Below are positions 43,030 to 55,703 of a stretch of 64,000 nt of DNA, piece after piece (within the stretch, counting starts at the first letter, position 1; every line of letters starts with the position of its first letter). The stretch spans positions 16,484,835-16,548,834 of the forward strand of contig CM119267.1 in assembly GCA_051294375.1 (NCBI GenBank). Direction: 5' to 3'. Position numbers and translations under genes: made by a program. The notes below the pieces were generated by a model. It made no database searches, had not been told where the DNA came from, and worked only from the letters and a program-made list of their open reading frames with translations. Origin of the DNA: Paraspadella gotoi (lineage: Eukaryota > Animalia > Chaetognatha).

Positions 43030-43389
43030 GAGAGGAATGAAAAGGGCAAAGATGCCGATTTGCGTCTTTGGTTCGAGTTTTTTATTCTTGGCTACTAATT
43101 CCTTCGACGACGACGAACGGACCCCCGGCTGGGGTCCAAATTCCTCGGCTCCAGAGGTTTGCCCCGGACGAAACGGATGGATCTGACTGAAAAAAAGTCT
43201 CCGTTCGAATTTTCTCGTTCGGCTGAACGTCCTCCTGCATAAAAGAAGATGGCGCTGCTCGGTTTCAAACCAACGTCCAGATCTTCTCGTCTGATCCTCC
43301 CATCTCCGCTGACCATCAAGATTTTTCGGGCCGAATAATTTTCCAAATTTCCAAAAGTCCCTAAAATTTTTCAAAGCTAATAAATTAAG

Positions 43390-44895
43390 GATTAGTGATT
43401 TGAAGCGAGTGAAGATTAGGGTTAGGGGGAAAAGGCGTGAATGAATTCAGGGAGTTAACGGAAAAAATTAAATTTCAATAAAGGGTTAGCCAGTTAGGTT
43501 GCCAGTTAGGTTTACGAAGTTAGACTATTCTTAGGGTTAGGATAAGGGTTATGCAATTTATTAAAAAAAAATTAGGGTTAAATATTTAGGTTTAAAAACA
43601 CACCAAAAAAATACAAATACCAGCCCCAAATAATACATTCATTTAACTATTTTGTGATTCAGGAAACAGAATTGAGACGGCTTTTTTAGAAAAACAGGAT
43701 AAACAAAAGAGAGTGGAGATCCAAAATAAGGTCTTTCCCTTCCCTCTCTTTCAATTTAATTCTTATCGTCCGGGCCTCACTTCGGGCACCAGAATTTACA
43801 GACCCAGCTAACCCCCTCCCTGAAATTAGGGGTCACCGGTTCTTTTCCGCCGAACCCAACGTCGTTCTCAATATCTCGAAGCTTAATTTTAGATTAACGA
43901 AGACCCCTCGTCTTTTTCAAGAGGAGGGAGGGGGGGAAGGGGAAAGGGGGTAAAAAATATGAAAGCCGAAAACAAGATCTCAGAGGAAGTGAATAAGTCG
44001 TTTTAAATATACAGTGTGACATTCAGAGCTAGAAGGAAGAGAGAGAGGGAGAGGAGAAGGCGAGGAAGAGGAGAGAAGAAGAGAGAGCAGAGACGAAGCA
44101 TGCCATTAATTTTTCCAATGCCCCTAATTTCAGCTTAAATTAAGGATAGGATTTGGGATTAGGGTTACAAGGGGAAAAGGTGAAATCATGAATAAGGTGT
44201 GTTTAAGTGAATTATATTTAAATATAATAGGTTAAGAGGTATAAGGTCTACGGAGTTAGGGTTAGAGGTTAGAATACCATAGGTCTGTTAGGTTTGTGAT
44301 AAAGGGATCTATGGCATATTATTAAAATAAAAGATTAGGGTTAAATATTTTTATATTTGGTTTTAAAATAAATCTTGAATAAATTATTAAATACTCTAAT
44401 TATAATAAGTATAACTATTTGTGATTAAAGGTACTCAAAGAAATTTGAGGCGCTTTTTAAGAAATAGGTTAACCTCACTTCGTCGTAACGGCTCCCTTTT
44501 CTCCCTAGTCAGTAGTAATTGTGTTAAATTCATCCTCCCTTGTTTGTTTGCCCTTTTTCCTTTGATATGGTCACTTCTTCAACTTCCTGATTCTTTTCGA
44601 CTCTTTGTTTTCAATCAGAGTTTGGTTTCGTCTCATATCTCGACAGCTTTATTAAAATTAAGATTATTAACAGAGTAAGACCTTTCGTTCTTTTCCATAG
44701 TAGGAGTGGGAGGGGGTGGAAGCGGGAGAAGTGACGGGTAAATATGAAGCGAAAACTGAGGAGCGTGAAAAAGGCGTTTTAATACAGTTTCTGAATTAAG
44801 GGCTAGAGGGAGAGAGAGAGAGGAGAGAGAGAGAATAGAGAGAGAGAGAAGAGAAGACGAGACGAGAGAGGAGTAGCAGTAATTTTGTACTGGCA
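43390..44895 (+). repeat. Two highly diverged tandem copies of an approximately 750-bp unit
   Basis: Shared ordered anchors GATTAGGGTTA, ATTAGGGTTAAATATTT, TAACTATTTTGTGATT, GCTTTTTA, CCTCACTTCG, AAATATGAA.GC, GTTTTAA..ATACAGT, GCTAGA followed by an AG tract, in 43390-44110 and 44120-44895. Confidence 0.7.
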
Positions 44896-45810
44896 TTTAT
44901 TTAAAAACGCCCAGGTCCATCCGCCTGGGTCCTTCGCACTGTGACCCTCGGGTGTGCTTGGCCGGCGTCTTTCGTCTGAAGGAGGCGATCGGCTCTTTTG
45001 GATGAAAAAAAATCGGGGAATTTAAGGTTGCGAATCTCGAGCTACAGGTCAGAAGCAAAAAAAAGGAGGAAAGAATCGTTTCTTCCTCCTCCATCAGCTT
45101 TTTTTATATTTTTCTTTTTTTAATTTCTTTTTATTTTTTCTTTTGTTCGATGGCGTCGCCGAAAGAGACGCTCGGGGTAACACTTTGGCTCTCTTTTTTT
45201 GGACTGTCATTCAAGACTTAGGAAGGAGCAAGATTTTTTTTAATTTTAAATTTCTTTTTTCTATATTTCTAAGCGTCGCAAACTCGAGACCGTGCACCCT
45301 AGTTAACAGTTCCATACCTATCCCCCCTGGATACAGGTAGTTTCTTTCTATCTCTTCTGTCTCTCTCTCTCTCCTCTCTCCTCTCTTTATCTTGCGGTGG
45401 TCAGAGAGGATAAAACAATGATTCTTTTTTCATTACGTTCCTCTATCGTTCTCTGCACTCGTCTTCCCTTCTGAATACATCGATCTCATTCTCTTCTTTC
45501 TTTACATCGTCCAAACTCTCTCGGTCGTCTACAATATAATATTCTTCATTGTGGCGCGGTCTCTTCCTCCTGCTTCGTTTCTCTTGAGTCGCTATCCTGA
45601 AAAAAAAAATAAATCTTCTTTGGCGGGATTCCTAAAATGTACGTGATCCAAATGTCACTTCCCTCGATCATTAATTCCTCCCTCTTTTTTTTTTCTTCGG
45701 GGGTCTTAAATTCGTCTAGGTCAAAAACTAGAGGTCGAGTCTCTCCTTTCCTTTCCTTCCTCTTCTCTCTCATTCTCTTCTCTCGTCATCTCGTCTCTCT
45801 CTCCTCTCCT

Positions 45811-45843
<33 letters not shown>

Positions 45844-47062
45844 GAGAGAACTCTGTATCCAGGGGGGAGAGGTTGGGCGTTAATAGGTGCACGTCGAGTT
45901 TGCGACGTTTGAAATAAGAAAAAAAGAAATTAAATTAAAAGATGAAAGATCGAAGAGGAAACATCTGTGGGCGACATCGCAGGTGCGAAGGACCACAGAC
46001 CTCGATCACGACGGCGACGATGAAAAAAAAACTTAGAAAACCATTATTAAAACAAACAAAAAAACAAACAAACAAACAATTTAAACAATTACTACAACTA
46101 GGAGAAAGGACCCAGAGACTAAAAAAAATAAAAAGATTGAAAAAGAAAGTTTAAAAAAAATTGAATTGATGGGGGCCATAGACTTTGTTAGGTTAGCTTT
46201 TAAGATTCTTGGCGACGATAAGAATTAAATTGAAAGAGATTGGATCTCCACTCTTTTTTGTTGGGGGGGAGGGAGGGGGGAGTGTGATGTGAGGACAGGA
46301 GGGGGAGAGGGTGGACGGAGAGGGTGGGGGGAGAGGAGAAGCGGGTCAAAGGTGACTGTGGAAGAAACAAACTAAAAGCTGATGTGAAAAAAAAAGATGT
46401 AAAAGGAAAAGGAAGATCTAAGAATATAGAAATTAAGTAAGCGAGAATTTATCAATATAGAATATGATTTTTTATGAAATTAAAGGGTTGTACCAGTTAA
46501 TCCGCCAGAGCGGAACCGAACTTTAAATGAGTGTGATGAGCATAAAAGCGAATCAGCGCTGCAGCGGGAAAAAAAAAAGAGAAGGAACGGAAAAATTGAG
46601 TAAGTGAGACGAGTAGGGAAAAGATCTAAAAAAAGAGTAGGGCGTTAATCGATGATGGCGCCAGAAGGGAAAGCCTGAAAGGTAAGGGACCGAAAAGTAT
46701 CCGACGAATCCAAAGCTTGGGGAAAAAAGGATGGTGGTTGAACCAAATTAAAACCGAGTTGTTGCCCTCAGTGAAAGTGACGTCAGAGGAAATGTGAAAG
46801 CGGATCAGAGAGAGAGANNNNNNNNNNNNNNNNNNNNNNNNNNNNNNNNNNNNNNNNNNNNNNNNNNNNNNNNNNNNNNNNNNNNNNNNNNNNNNNNNNN
46901 NNNNNNNNNNNNNNNNNNNNNNNNNNNNNNNNNNNNNNNNNNNNNNNNNNNNNNNNNNNNNNNNNNNNNNNNNNNNNNNNNNNNNNTGCGAAGCGTGGTG
47001 CTTGTGTAAGTCGACTGCGGAATTTGTATTTGGAAATCAGTTTTCAATCAAATTCGCGCGAC

Positions 47063-47140
47063 GAACAGAACAGAACAGAACAGAACAGAACAGAACAGAA
47101 CAGAACAGAACAGAACAGAACAGAACAGAACAGAACAGAA
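47063..47140. repeat. (AGAAC)n pentanucleotide microsatellite
   Basis: About 15 perfect units. Confidence 0.98.
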
Positions 47141-47577
47141 AAGAACAATCTGATCAGGGTTTGATTTCGAGAAACGTTCGAGATCAAGAGAGAAAAAGAA
47201 AAAAAAAAATTCTGATTTAAAAAAAAGAAAAATTGTGGAAGCGAAAACTCGAGGAAAAGTGAAGCGTCGAAGGTGAGGTTCGTCGTTTATCGCGTTGAGG
47301 GAAAGGCAATTCGATTTGAGGGAAACGACGACGACGACGAGGACGACTACAACGACGACGACGACATTAACCGCGACCGAGACGTCCTTAACGACTGCGG
47401 AAACGACGAGTACGACGAGATCGTCGACGACGACGTTAACAACGTCGCCAGTAACGACGAATCGGCCGATGACAAAGATGAAGACGACGACGACGGCGAC
47501 AAACGAAATCCTGCAAGAATGGAAATCCCAGCGGCGGGCGAAACCGAGTTGATTAGAATTCCAAACTCCTTTTCCTC

Positions 47578-47660
<83 letters not shown>

Positions 47661-48117
47661 CTTTAACCAAAATTTAAAAAAACCTCGGTCTGAGCGAAAG
47701 AAGGGAAATATTCCCCGAACAGAAATCATCATTTTACGTCGGTCGGCGTTACGCCAGCGTCGGCGGTATCGGCGACGCCATCTCGCGGCGTCTATCGCCG
47801 TCAAGGGCGCCGTTTTTTGATTGACGGCGTCTTTCTATGATTATCCTTTATCCGCGGGAGAGCCGGGGCCGTATTTCGCGAGGAAGACGCCAGGGGAGCG
47901 ATTGAGCCGAGAGAAGTGGAACAAAAGGGCAATCCGATGATCTTCTTTTACAAAATGATCAACTCTCGTCAAAGAAATAAAACGGAATTAATTTATTTCG
48001 TTTTTGTAATTTAATTCAATTTTGTTCTTTAATTTATCGTCAAGCACCGTCACCGTCACTCATAAGTGATAAAAAAATAGTACGCATTTAATCAGTTGTT
48101 GAAGTAATTCCAAACTA

Positions 48118-48290
48118 CTTATGAAATTGGTACAACCAATATAAAAATTATCCATTCATTTAATAAATAAGCTATCTTGCCCCTGACTTTGGACAGGCTT
48201 TGGTGGTTTAAGGCCTCCATCACTCTTACAAGATAATGACATAGCAGGTCACTGCAAGCTTTCAATCAAGACTCTCTCACAGTCTCGTTT
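48118..48290 (-). mobile_element. Interspersed repeat family copy B
   Basis: CTTATGAAATTGGTACAACCAATATAAAAATTATCCATTCATTTAATAAATAAGCTATCTTG...GCAAGCTTTCAATCAAGA matches copy A inverted. Continues into CTCTCACAGTCTCGTTT, shared with copy C. Confidence 0.75.
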
Positions 48291-49259
48291 ATTCACTCCC
48301 AGAGTACCTGGCTTCCCTATCAATGAAGTGGTATAATATTTCAAAGAATGTTTCAATTGTATTTTAATAGACGACGTCTTCAATGTTTTTTTAAAAAATT
48401 TTTATGCAGAAATACAGATTAGGTGAAGTGAGTCAATCTAGAACATCAACAAAAAAAAACACACGAAATCGTTCTACCTGATTTATTTTTGTTAAAAAAA
48501 AAGATTTGGGTGACGAAAAAAGCGAAAACGATAATAAAATCCATAAATAAACTTGGGGAAACAACCGAAACAAAACAAGAACGAAAACAAAGGCCGTTTC
48601 TTTTTTTTCATAATACGAAAAAGAGAAAGAAAGAAAAAAAAGGTCCCGTCATTGGACCATAAAATGTTTTTTTTTTTCACCGCGTACGAGAAGGAAGACG
48701 CGATTTTAAAAGAAATAAAAATAAATGGGTTTCGTCACACCAGGGGACGGAGGTTCCTTCGAGGAAAAAAAGGAGAGGTTGTTAAGAAACTCTTTCTTCG
48801 CCACGCGGAAGAGAAGAAAGAGAGAAAGAGAGAAAGAAAGAAAGAGAGAAAGAGAGAAAGAAAGAGAGAAAGAAAAAAAGAAAGAAATATATAAAAAAAT
48901 AAACAAACTCAATTTAGAATTAAAAACAAAATAACTGAAAGAACGAAGAAAGAAAGATTAAAAAAGAAAGAAAAAAAAAGAAAAACGGGAAGAAAGATCG
49001 TTACGTTCGTGAGTGAGAAAAAAAGTAGGTGATGCCGTCACTGTCGTCGTTGTCGTCGTCGTTGTCGTCGTTATTGTGGTCGTTATCACCGTCGTTTCTT
49101 TTTCTCTTTCGTCGTTATTGTCGTTCGTCATTATCATCGTTTCTGTTCACGGTTTTTTTGTTTTTTTTTTGTATTGTGGTTTTCATGATTGCGATTGTCG
49201 TCATGACTATCGATCCAGGCCACCGTATTCGTGTTCACGTTCTGTGTCATCTTTGTTGT

Positions 49260-49449
49260 TATCATCATCATCATCATCATCATNNNNNNNNNNATCATCA
49301 TCATCATCATCATCATATCATCACTTTCATCATCAGCATCGGCTTATTTGTAAACGACATTTAAAATATCAGCATTTACTCTCGTATTATCATGACGGTG
49401 ATCATCATCATCATCATCATCATCATCATCGTCATCATCGTCGTCGTCA
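49260..49449. repeat. (CAT)n microsatellite tracts
   Basis: Two (CAT)n blocks, one interrupted by a 10-N gap. Confidence 0.95.
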
Positions 49450-49678
49450 TTGCAAACCTCACCCCTTCCAGAGAGACCAGTTTCTTTCCCCTTTTGTGTC
49501 TGAAGGGAAAGAATGAGATGACGTCACGAGAAAAAAAAAAGAAGAAAAAAATGGAAGAAAATCCAGGAGAATCATTAAGAGGCGTTGGAACCAGGTGAGA
49601 CAAATAATGAAAGGGGATTTGCGAACCCGCGGCAAAAACTTGATGAAGGCCGAAGTCAGAAAGAAGGGGCGGCGGGGA

Positions 49679-49770
<92 letters not shown>

Positions 49771-50786
49771 GTCGCGGAAGTCTGAATTGGACGAGGCTTC
49801 AGAGTAGGATATGAAAGGCTTGTGGCGTTTCAGAACCGCGGCGTCCGAGGGCGGTATGCGTTGTGGCGCGGCGTTGTTCGATAGTGCGACGTAAAGCGGC
49901 GTCCCGCGTGGAGCGTCGAGTGTTTTATGGAAAAAGGATCAGGTGGGCTGCGGACGTGGAATGCTCAAAGGCAGAGGTCGCTCCTCGTTCTCGTTCGGGG
50001 CCGCGTTAACCTCGATTTCTCAACGCGAATATTTGGGGTCTTTTTAGTCAGAAGGAGAAAGAGTGAGGAGGCCGAAGGAAATGTGAGGCAGAGAAAGGTA
50101 AGGGAAGAATAATTACGAATCATGGAAAACAAATTCAGGGATCATTATGTTGGAAAAACAAAAGTCGGCGACGACAACAAGGATCGAAAATATCACAAAC
50201 TCGTGTTGTCGACACAGGATTTTCTTCCTTTTTTTTTAAAATCCGAAATCAAGACAAGAAAAGTTTTCTTGACGGTGAAAACGTCAAAACAACTTTTTAA
50301 AAATAAAAATGGGAATCTGAGAAAAAAGGATGCGGCGGCGGATTATGATGTCAGATAAGTGAAAAAAAAAATTAGTAAGTTTTTATCGCATTCGTAAATA
50401 CTTTTTACATATGTTTACTAATGCCTAATCGTTCACGAAAGGTAAATATTGCGTAATATTTCCATTTTTTAAGACAAAAATTCCCTCATATTTAGAAAAA
50501 GGTTCGATCACTCCTTCGGTTTCTATGTCTCGTCAAATTCGCTGAGTGACAATTCGGAAGCTTGGACGAGATCACAAGAAGGCTTTTGCAATCACGGAAA
50601 AGGCTTTGACGATAATGAAATTAGTTTTCGACGATGCGCAGAGAACATTCCCGACGCCGCAAAAATGAGCCAGATCTATTTACGAAACTTGATTTCCTCT
50701 TCGGGAGACACGTGGCAGACGCTCGCTGTGAAGAAGGATATATCCTTGCTTTTCTATGTTGACAAAATCAAAGACGCCGCCGCCGC

Positions 50787-50821
<35 letters not shown>

Positions 50822-51934
50822 TCAACAACTTTTCTAAAAAAAAAAGCCAACCTTTTCAAGGAGACGAGGACAAAGGATTTTTCCATGGGAATCGAAAAAA
50901 AAAAAAAACGAGGCGCATAAATGACAAAAAAGTGTTTTGACACTTTTCGATTTTTTTTTTAAGTCGACGTTTCAAGAAATTGGTTTTTATTTTTTTTTAT
51001 ACTTTTTTTGTTGTTGAAAAGATGGAAAGAAAAAATAAGTTTACCGTTCGAGTGCGAGAGGCAAAGACCGGAAGAAATGGAAGGAATGAGTGGATTGGGG
51101 GGGAGGGGGAGGGGAAGCGGAGGAAAGAGAGGAAGGGAGGAAAGAAAAGAGGGGAGGTAAATGAAAAAGGAATGAAAGAAAGGAAAGGAACTAGATGGAA
51201 TTATACAAATTGAAGACAGGAAAGTAGAAACAAGATAAAGGTACATACTACATAAAGAAGAAACAACTGAAATAAAGAGCGTAATTTTAAATAATAAAAG
51301 TTCAAACAAAGGAGAAAGGGGGTTAAAAAGAAAACTAAGTATAATATATATAGGGAGAGAAAAAGTATAAAAGAAAGGAACATCAAAATAATAGAAAAAG
51401 CAAAAAAAAAAAAATAATAAGAACAAATATTTCTGTGAATACGTAAGGTAGAAAGAAAACTGAATGCAAAAGAAAAGGAAAAAAAAAACCCGTGACTCTC
51501 GTCTCTGTCCCACGTAAATGGCATAAAGATAAAAGGAGGCGAAATAACATTCATCATTTAATGTTCTGAAAAATATACTGACGCGGCGGAGACCGAAAGA
51601 AAAAAAAGAGAAGTGAAAAAGTGGGTAACAAAGATCATCGGAGATTTATGAGGCCGCGGAAAGGACGTTCGGCGGTCGAGGCCCCGCCGGGCATAACAGT
51701 CCTACCCTGCCGCCATGCTACCATGCCTCGCGTTCCACCCTGTCTTACTATTCTCAAGACCTTTTTCTCCCTTTTCGCTTTCTTTCCCTTCACTCTGTCT
51801 CCTAGTAAACAAAGACTCCACCCCCGATATTTTCTCGCTTCGTCGTCGTCGTCGTCGTCGTTGCGACGAAAAATGAGTTTTTGCTCTTCCGTTTTATTTA
51901 TTTATGTTTCATGCTCGACGTCACCGGCAGGCTT

Positions 51935-51967
<33 letters not shown>

Positions 51968-52285
51968 ACGACGCATTGAGTTTATCTGACGCACAGAAAA
52001 AAACAATAACGAAGATGATGGTTTACGTCAGATATAAAATACATTCTTATATAACTTTCTCGATACGAAAATATGGGTTGAAAACACGGAGATAAATGAA
52101 GAAACAAAGCGTCGACGACGACGACGATAATAAAGACGACGACGCTCAGGCTGACGAACTTATAACCTAGATCAACGCTAGACGACGCCGCAGTCGCCAA
52201 ACTCACATCCGGCATCGTCAATCGATCTCTCATTCTTACCAAAAAGAAGATAATAAAGCGCGAATAAAGATATAAAAAGAAGGGA

Positions 52286-52328
<43 letters not shown>

Positions 52329-52344
52329 GAGAGAGAGAGAGGAG

Positions 52345-52392
<48 letters not shown>

Positions 52393-53682
52393 AAGAAGAG
52401 ACATGGTCGCACGACGTCATTTGAGCCAAGAAATTTCCTTTTGACGTCAGAGTTACTGAGCGTCGGTCAGGTATTGCGAAGGCGGAAAGAGACGACCGCC
52501 GGCGACCTGTTCGATCGAGTGGGAGTTTTTTTGATGCGGAGCTAATTTTGGATTTTTTATGACGGTTTATGCGGCTTTGCGATGTAACGTGAGAAAGACC
52601 GTTTCTAGCTAATGGTAAGCACGTTTAGGTATGATTTTAAACATGGATTATGCCGCGTTTTAGGAGTTTTAAGTTGAAAGAGTCTGTACCTCGAATGCTC
52701 TTTTCCTGGAGGGAGTGCATTAGTTGTGACGTATTTTAGCGCCCTTTGCCGAAAACAGTTATTTCTTTCGTTACGGTCGTCTGCATTATCGTTATCGTCG
52801 TCGTTGTCGTCGTCGTCGTCGTCGTTCTCCTCGACTATCGTATACTCACTTTCCGATCGCAACGCGGGCGTCAACTCCCACGTGATTTCCAACGAGGATT
52901 TCCGCCACTCTTCTCCTTCACTCCTTTCCAATTCACTCTCTCTCTCTCTCCCTTCACTCCCCCTTCTCTCTCCCCCCCGCCCTTCCTCATTCACCTCCCA
53001 CGTTTTCCCTCAACAAACGCGATTCATGGCGCTCGAACATCTTTTATGAGACCCAATTTTCTCAAATTACCTCCGTTGGGACGGCGACGCGGATGACGCC
53101 CACGACGCCGCCGAATATTCGCCCCGACGCCGGGCGTAAAAACGCCGAATGACGGCGCCGACGACGAAAGGACCCGAAAATAACGCCGGGCGCGCCGGGA
53201 AAAGACGCTCGTACGGCGAGGGGAGGGGAGTAATGTCGCCGCCAGGCCGGGTCTTCTCGAGGAATGACAGAGTGAAAAGGAAGAAAAGGCTCGGCGTCGA
53301 GGGGAGAAGCGGAAAAGACGAGAAACAACGGAATGCCGGAGAAGATGAGATATTTTTGACGATCTGGATAGTGAGAGCGTTTTTCTTAAAACAGGGAAGA
53401 GAAGAAGGGAAGAGAAGAAGGGAAGAGAAGAAGAGAAGAAAAGAAGAACAGATGAGAACGAAATTTAAAGAACAAAAAAAAACTAAAAAACCCTAAGCAA
53501 TGAAAAGAACGAAAATGAAATAGATTGAAAGGTTATTGACGAAAGTGAGTGAAATAAAATACTATAAAACCCAACAAAGCTTTAGGCGTTTAAGAATAAA
53601 ATAAGACGAAACGAAATGAAATACAACTCATCAAAATGAAACTAAACTCAACGAGGGCGTCCTCGTTCACGGAACGCGCGAA

Positions 53683-53775
53683 CCGGAAATGACGCGAGAC
53701 GCGAGAGTCGCACGCGCGTGAGAAAAACGAAACCGAGTCCGTGTGACACTCGAATTCCGCGAGGGGTCACGTGAC
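53683..53775. promoter_or_regulatory. Promoter/enhancer-like motif cluster (ETS-CRE-like site and GTCACGTGAC palindrome)
   Basis: CCGGAAATGACGC at 53683-53695; GTCACGTGAC at 53766-53775. CpG-rich context. Confidence 0.4.
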
Positions 53776-54302
53776 GTGCGAAGTCGGTGAGACGTTCTTT
53801 TGTTCAAGGGAGAAAAAAAAATGAGAGAGAAGTGCGAGCGAAAAATCTTTTTATTTTTCTTTAAAAATCAATTTGCGTCTAGTTTTCTAGGGTTCATTTC
53901 TTCGCTTGCTCTTCGAGTGGCGTGAATTCGACGGAGATAGAAAAAGGAAATTATTGCACACTATTAGACTTTTTTTTTACTCTATGACAGCATCGCAGGA
54001 GACTCAGCCTCACCTAAAGTGAAATCGGATCGGAGGATCGTGTAAACTCCGCAGAATCGGAATCACTGGATTGTGATTGGTCGAGGAAGAATCGGAATCG
54101 ACCAATCAGCTTTCAGAATCAATGGAACTGTCAAAATAACTCTTGCCTCTGATCCTCTTCTCCAGAAAAAAATAGACCTAGCTTTCCTTAGTTTCAGTAG
54201 AATTTATCTGGACTCCTGTGTGTGTTTCACCGTCACCATTTTATTCTCAGAATAAATCTCGTTTTGATTTCATCCAAAAACCCATGAGTTTTTCCTTAAA
54301 TG

Positions 54303-54343
54303 TGGTGGCAACCGTGGGATTCGAACCCACGCCTCCGAAGAGA
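54303..54343 (-). pseudogene. 3' fragment of tRNA-Leu (variable arm, T arm, acceptor 3' strand) ending in encoded CCA
   Basis: Minus strand reads TCTCTTCGGAGGCGTGGGTTCGAATCCCACGGTTGCCA-CCA: variable hairpin CTC-TTCG-GAG, T arm GTGGG-TTCGAAT-CCCAC, discriminator A. This matches the 3' half of eukaryotic class II tRNA-Leu. D arm and anticodon arm are absent. Confidence 0.85.
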
Positions 54344-54415
54344 TAAAATTTGCGTTATAATTTTTTTGAAATAATAATTTTTTGTTCACATTTTGATGTT
54401 ACATAAGATCTTTAT

Positions 54416-54568
54416 CTTGATTGAAAGCTTGCAGAATCCTGCTATGTTATTATCTTGTAAGTGTGATGGAGGCCTTAAACCACCAAAGCCTGTCCAAAGT
54501 CAGGGACAAGATAGCTTATTTATTAAATGAATGGATAATTTTTATATTGGTTGTACCAATTTCATAAG
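54416..54568 (+). mobile_element. Interspersed repeat family copy A (probable 5'-truncated non-LTR/SINE 3' end) flanked by a direct repeat
   Basis: Near-identical reverse complement of 48118-48271. Flanked by CATAAGATCTTTAT at 54402-54415 and 54563-54576. Strand assignment assumes the shared end is the 3' end. Confidence 0.75.
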
Positions 54569-54779
54569 ATCTTTATGAGTAAGCTTTGCACAACTGGAGT
54601 TGGCAGCCCGAGTTGACGTACTTTTGTGCTATTTTAGAGGTGCTTCAGCAACTACATGGCACCCGTCTCTCCGAATCGACCGCCTCGGCAGAGAGAAAAC
54701 GAAAAACAACAACTTGCTCTCGCTCTTTCCGGATAAAGAGCCGTGTATCTCCGTTGTTGTCATCGCCGCCGCCTTCAAC

Positions 54780-54793
54780 GTTTCCATGGCAAC
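54780..54793. promoter_or_regulatory. RFX X-box motif
   Basis: GTTTCCATGGCAAC is a near-perfect palindromic X-box in a CpG-rich stretch. Motif match only. Confidence 0.5.
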
Positions 54794-55703
54794 GGCGCCC
54801 CGCCGCCATAACGACCCGAAAATGGGAAGAACATCGCAATAAAATCCGCGAAAACAATATCACGGCCTTCGGGGGGGGGGAAACGGCAGATAGGGGGGAG
54901 GGTCTGGGGAGAGATACGAGGGAGCTGGGGGAGAAGGGTGGAGATCGAGTCGGGTTGGGAATCGGAAGAGGCGGAGCCGGTATATCGCCGGCTGGGACTC
55001 GAAAGATAACGGGTGAGTGTGGAAAATGTGAACCATGAGTTGGAGGGATAATCTTGAGTATATAAGTGTACATAACTGTATATTTAAATGCATTGTTGGT
55101 TTGTTACGCATGTTTTCCAGCAGACATTCCAGGTACTTTTTCCACTGAAAATATTTTTTTTTATAAAAAATAAACAAACAAGAGGGAAACGCGAGCTGAA
55201 AGCAGATGAGACCGATGAGTGAAAAGGGGAGGAGGAGGAGGAGGAGGAGGAGGAGGAAGATTAGGAGGAGGAGGAGGAGTAGAGTAAGCTGACCCTCGTT
55301 TACGCAAATGAGCCTCGAGACGAAGAGAAGGGGAAAAAACCCGCGGTGAGGGATGGTTTTTCCAGATGGCATCCGGGGATATCGNNNNNNNNNNNNNNNN
55401 NNNNNNNNNNNNNNNNNNNNNNNNNNNNNNNNNNNNNNNNNNNNNNNNNNNNNNNNNNNNNNNNNNNNNNNNNNNNNNNNNNNNNNNNNNNNNNNNNNNN
55501 NNNNNNNNNNNNNNNNNNNNNNNNNNNNNNNNNNNNNNNNNNNNNNNNNNNNNNNNNNNNNNNNNNNNNNNNNNNNNNNNNNNNNNNNNNNNNNNNNNNN
55601 NNNNNNNNNNNNNNNNNNNNNNNNNNNNNNNNNNNNNNNNNNNNNNNNNNNNNNNNNNNNNNNNNNNNNNNAGAGAAAGAGAGAGAGGTAAGTTCTAACT
55701 CAC

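Noticed and set aside
43410-43600. Interstitial telomeric array
   Set aside because: TTAGG/TTAGGG words are scattered rather than in a tandem array.
53071-53328. GC-rich minus-strand ORF ending at GAG|GTAATT
   Set aside because: No clear acceptor or recognisable protein. It looks like CpG-rich non-coding sequence.
54104-54115. AATCAGCTTTCA matching the 3' part of bantam in antisense
   Set aside because: Only 12 nt match and the seed region is absent.
54303-54321. tRNA-Leu primer-binding site of an LTR retrotransposon, or a functional tRNA gene
   Set aside because: No upstream LTR ending in CA and no gag/pol. The match extends to 41 nt and the 5' half of the tRNA is missing.
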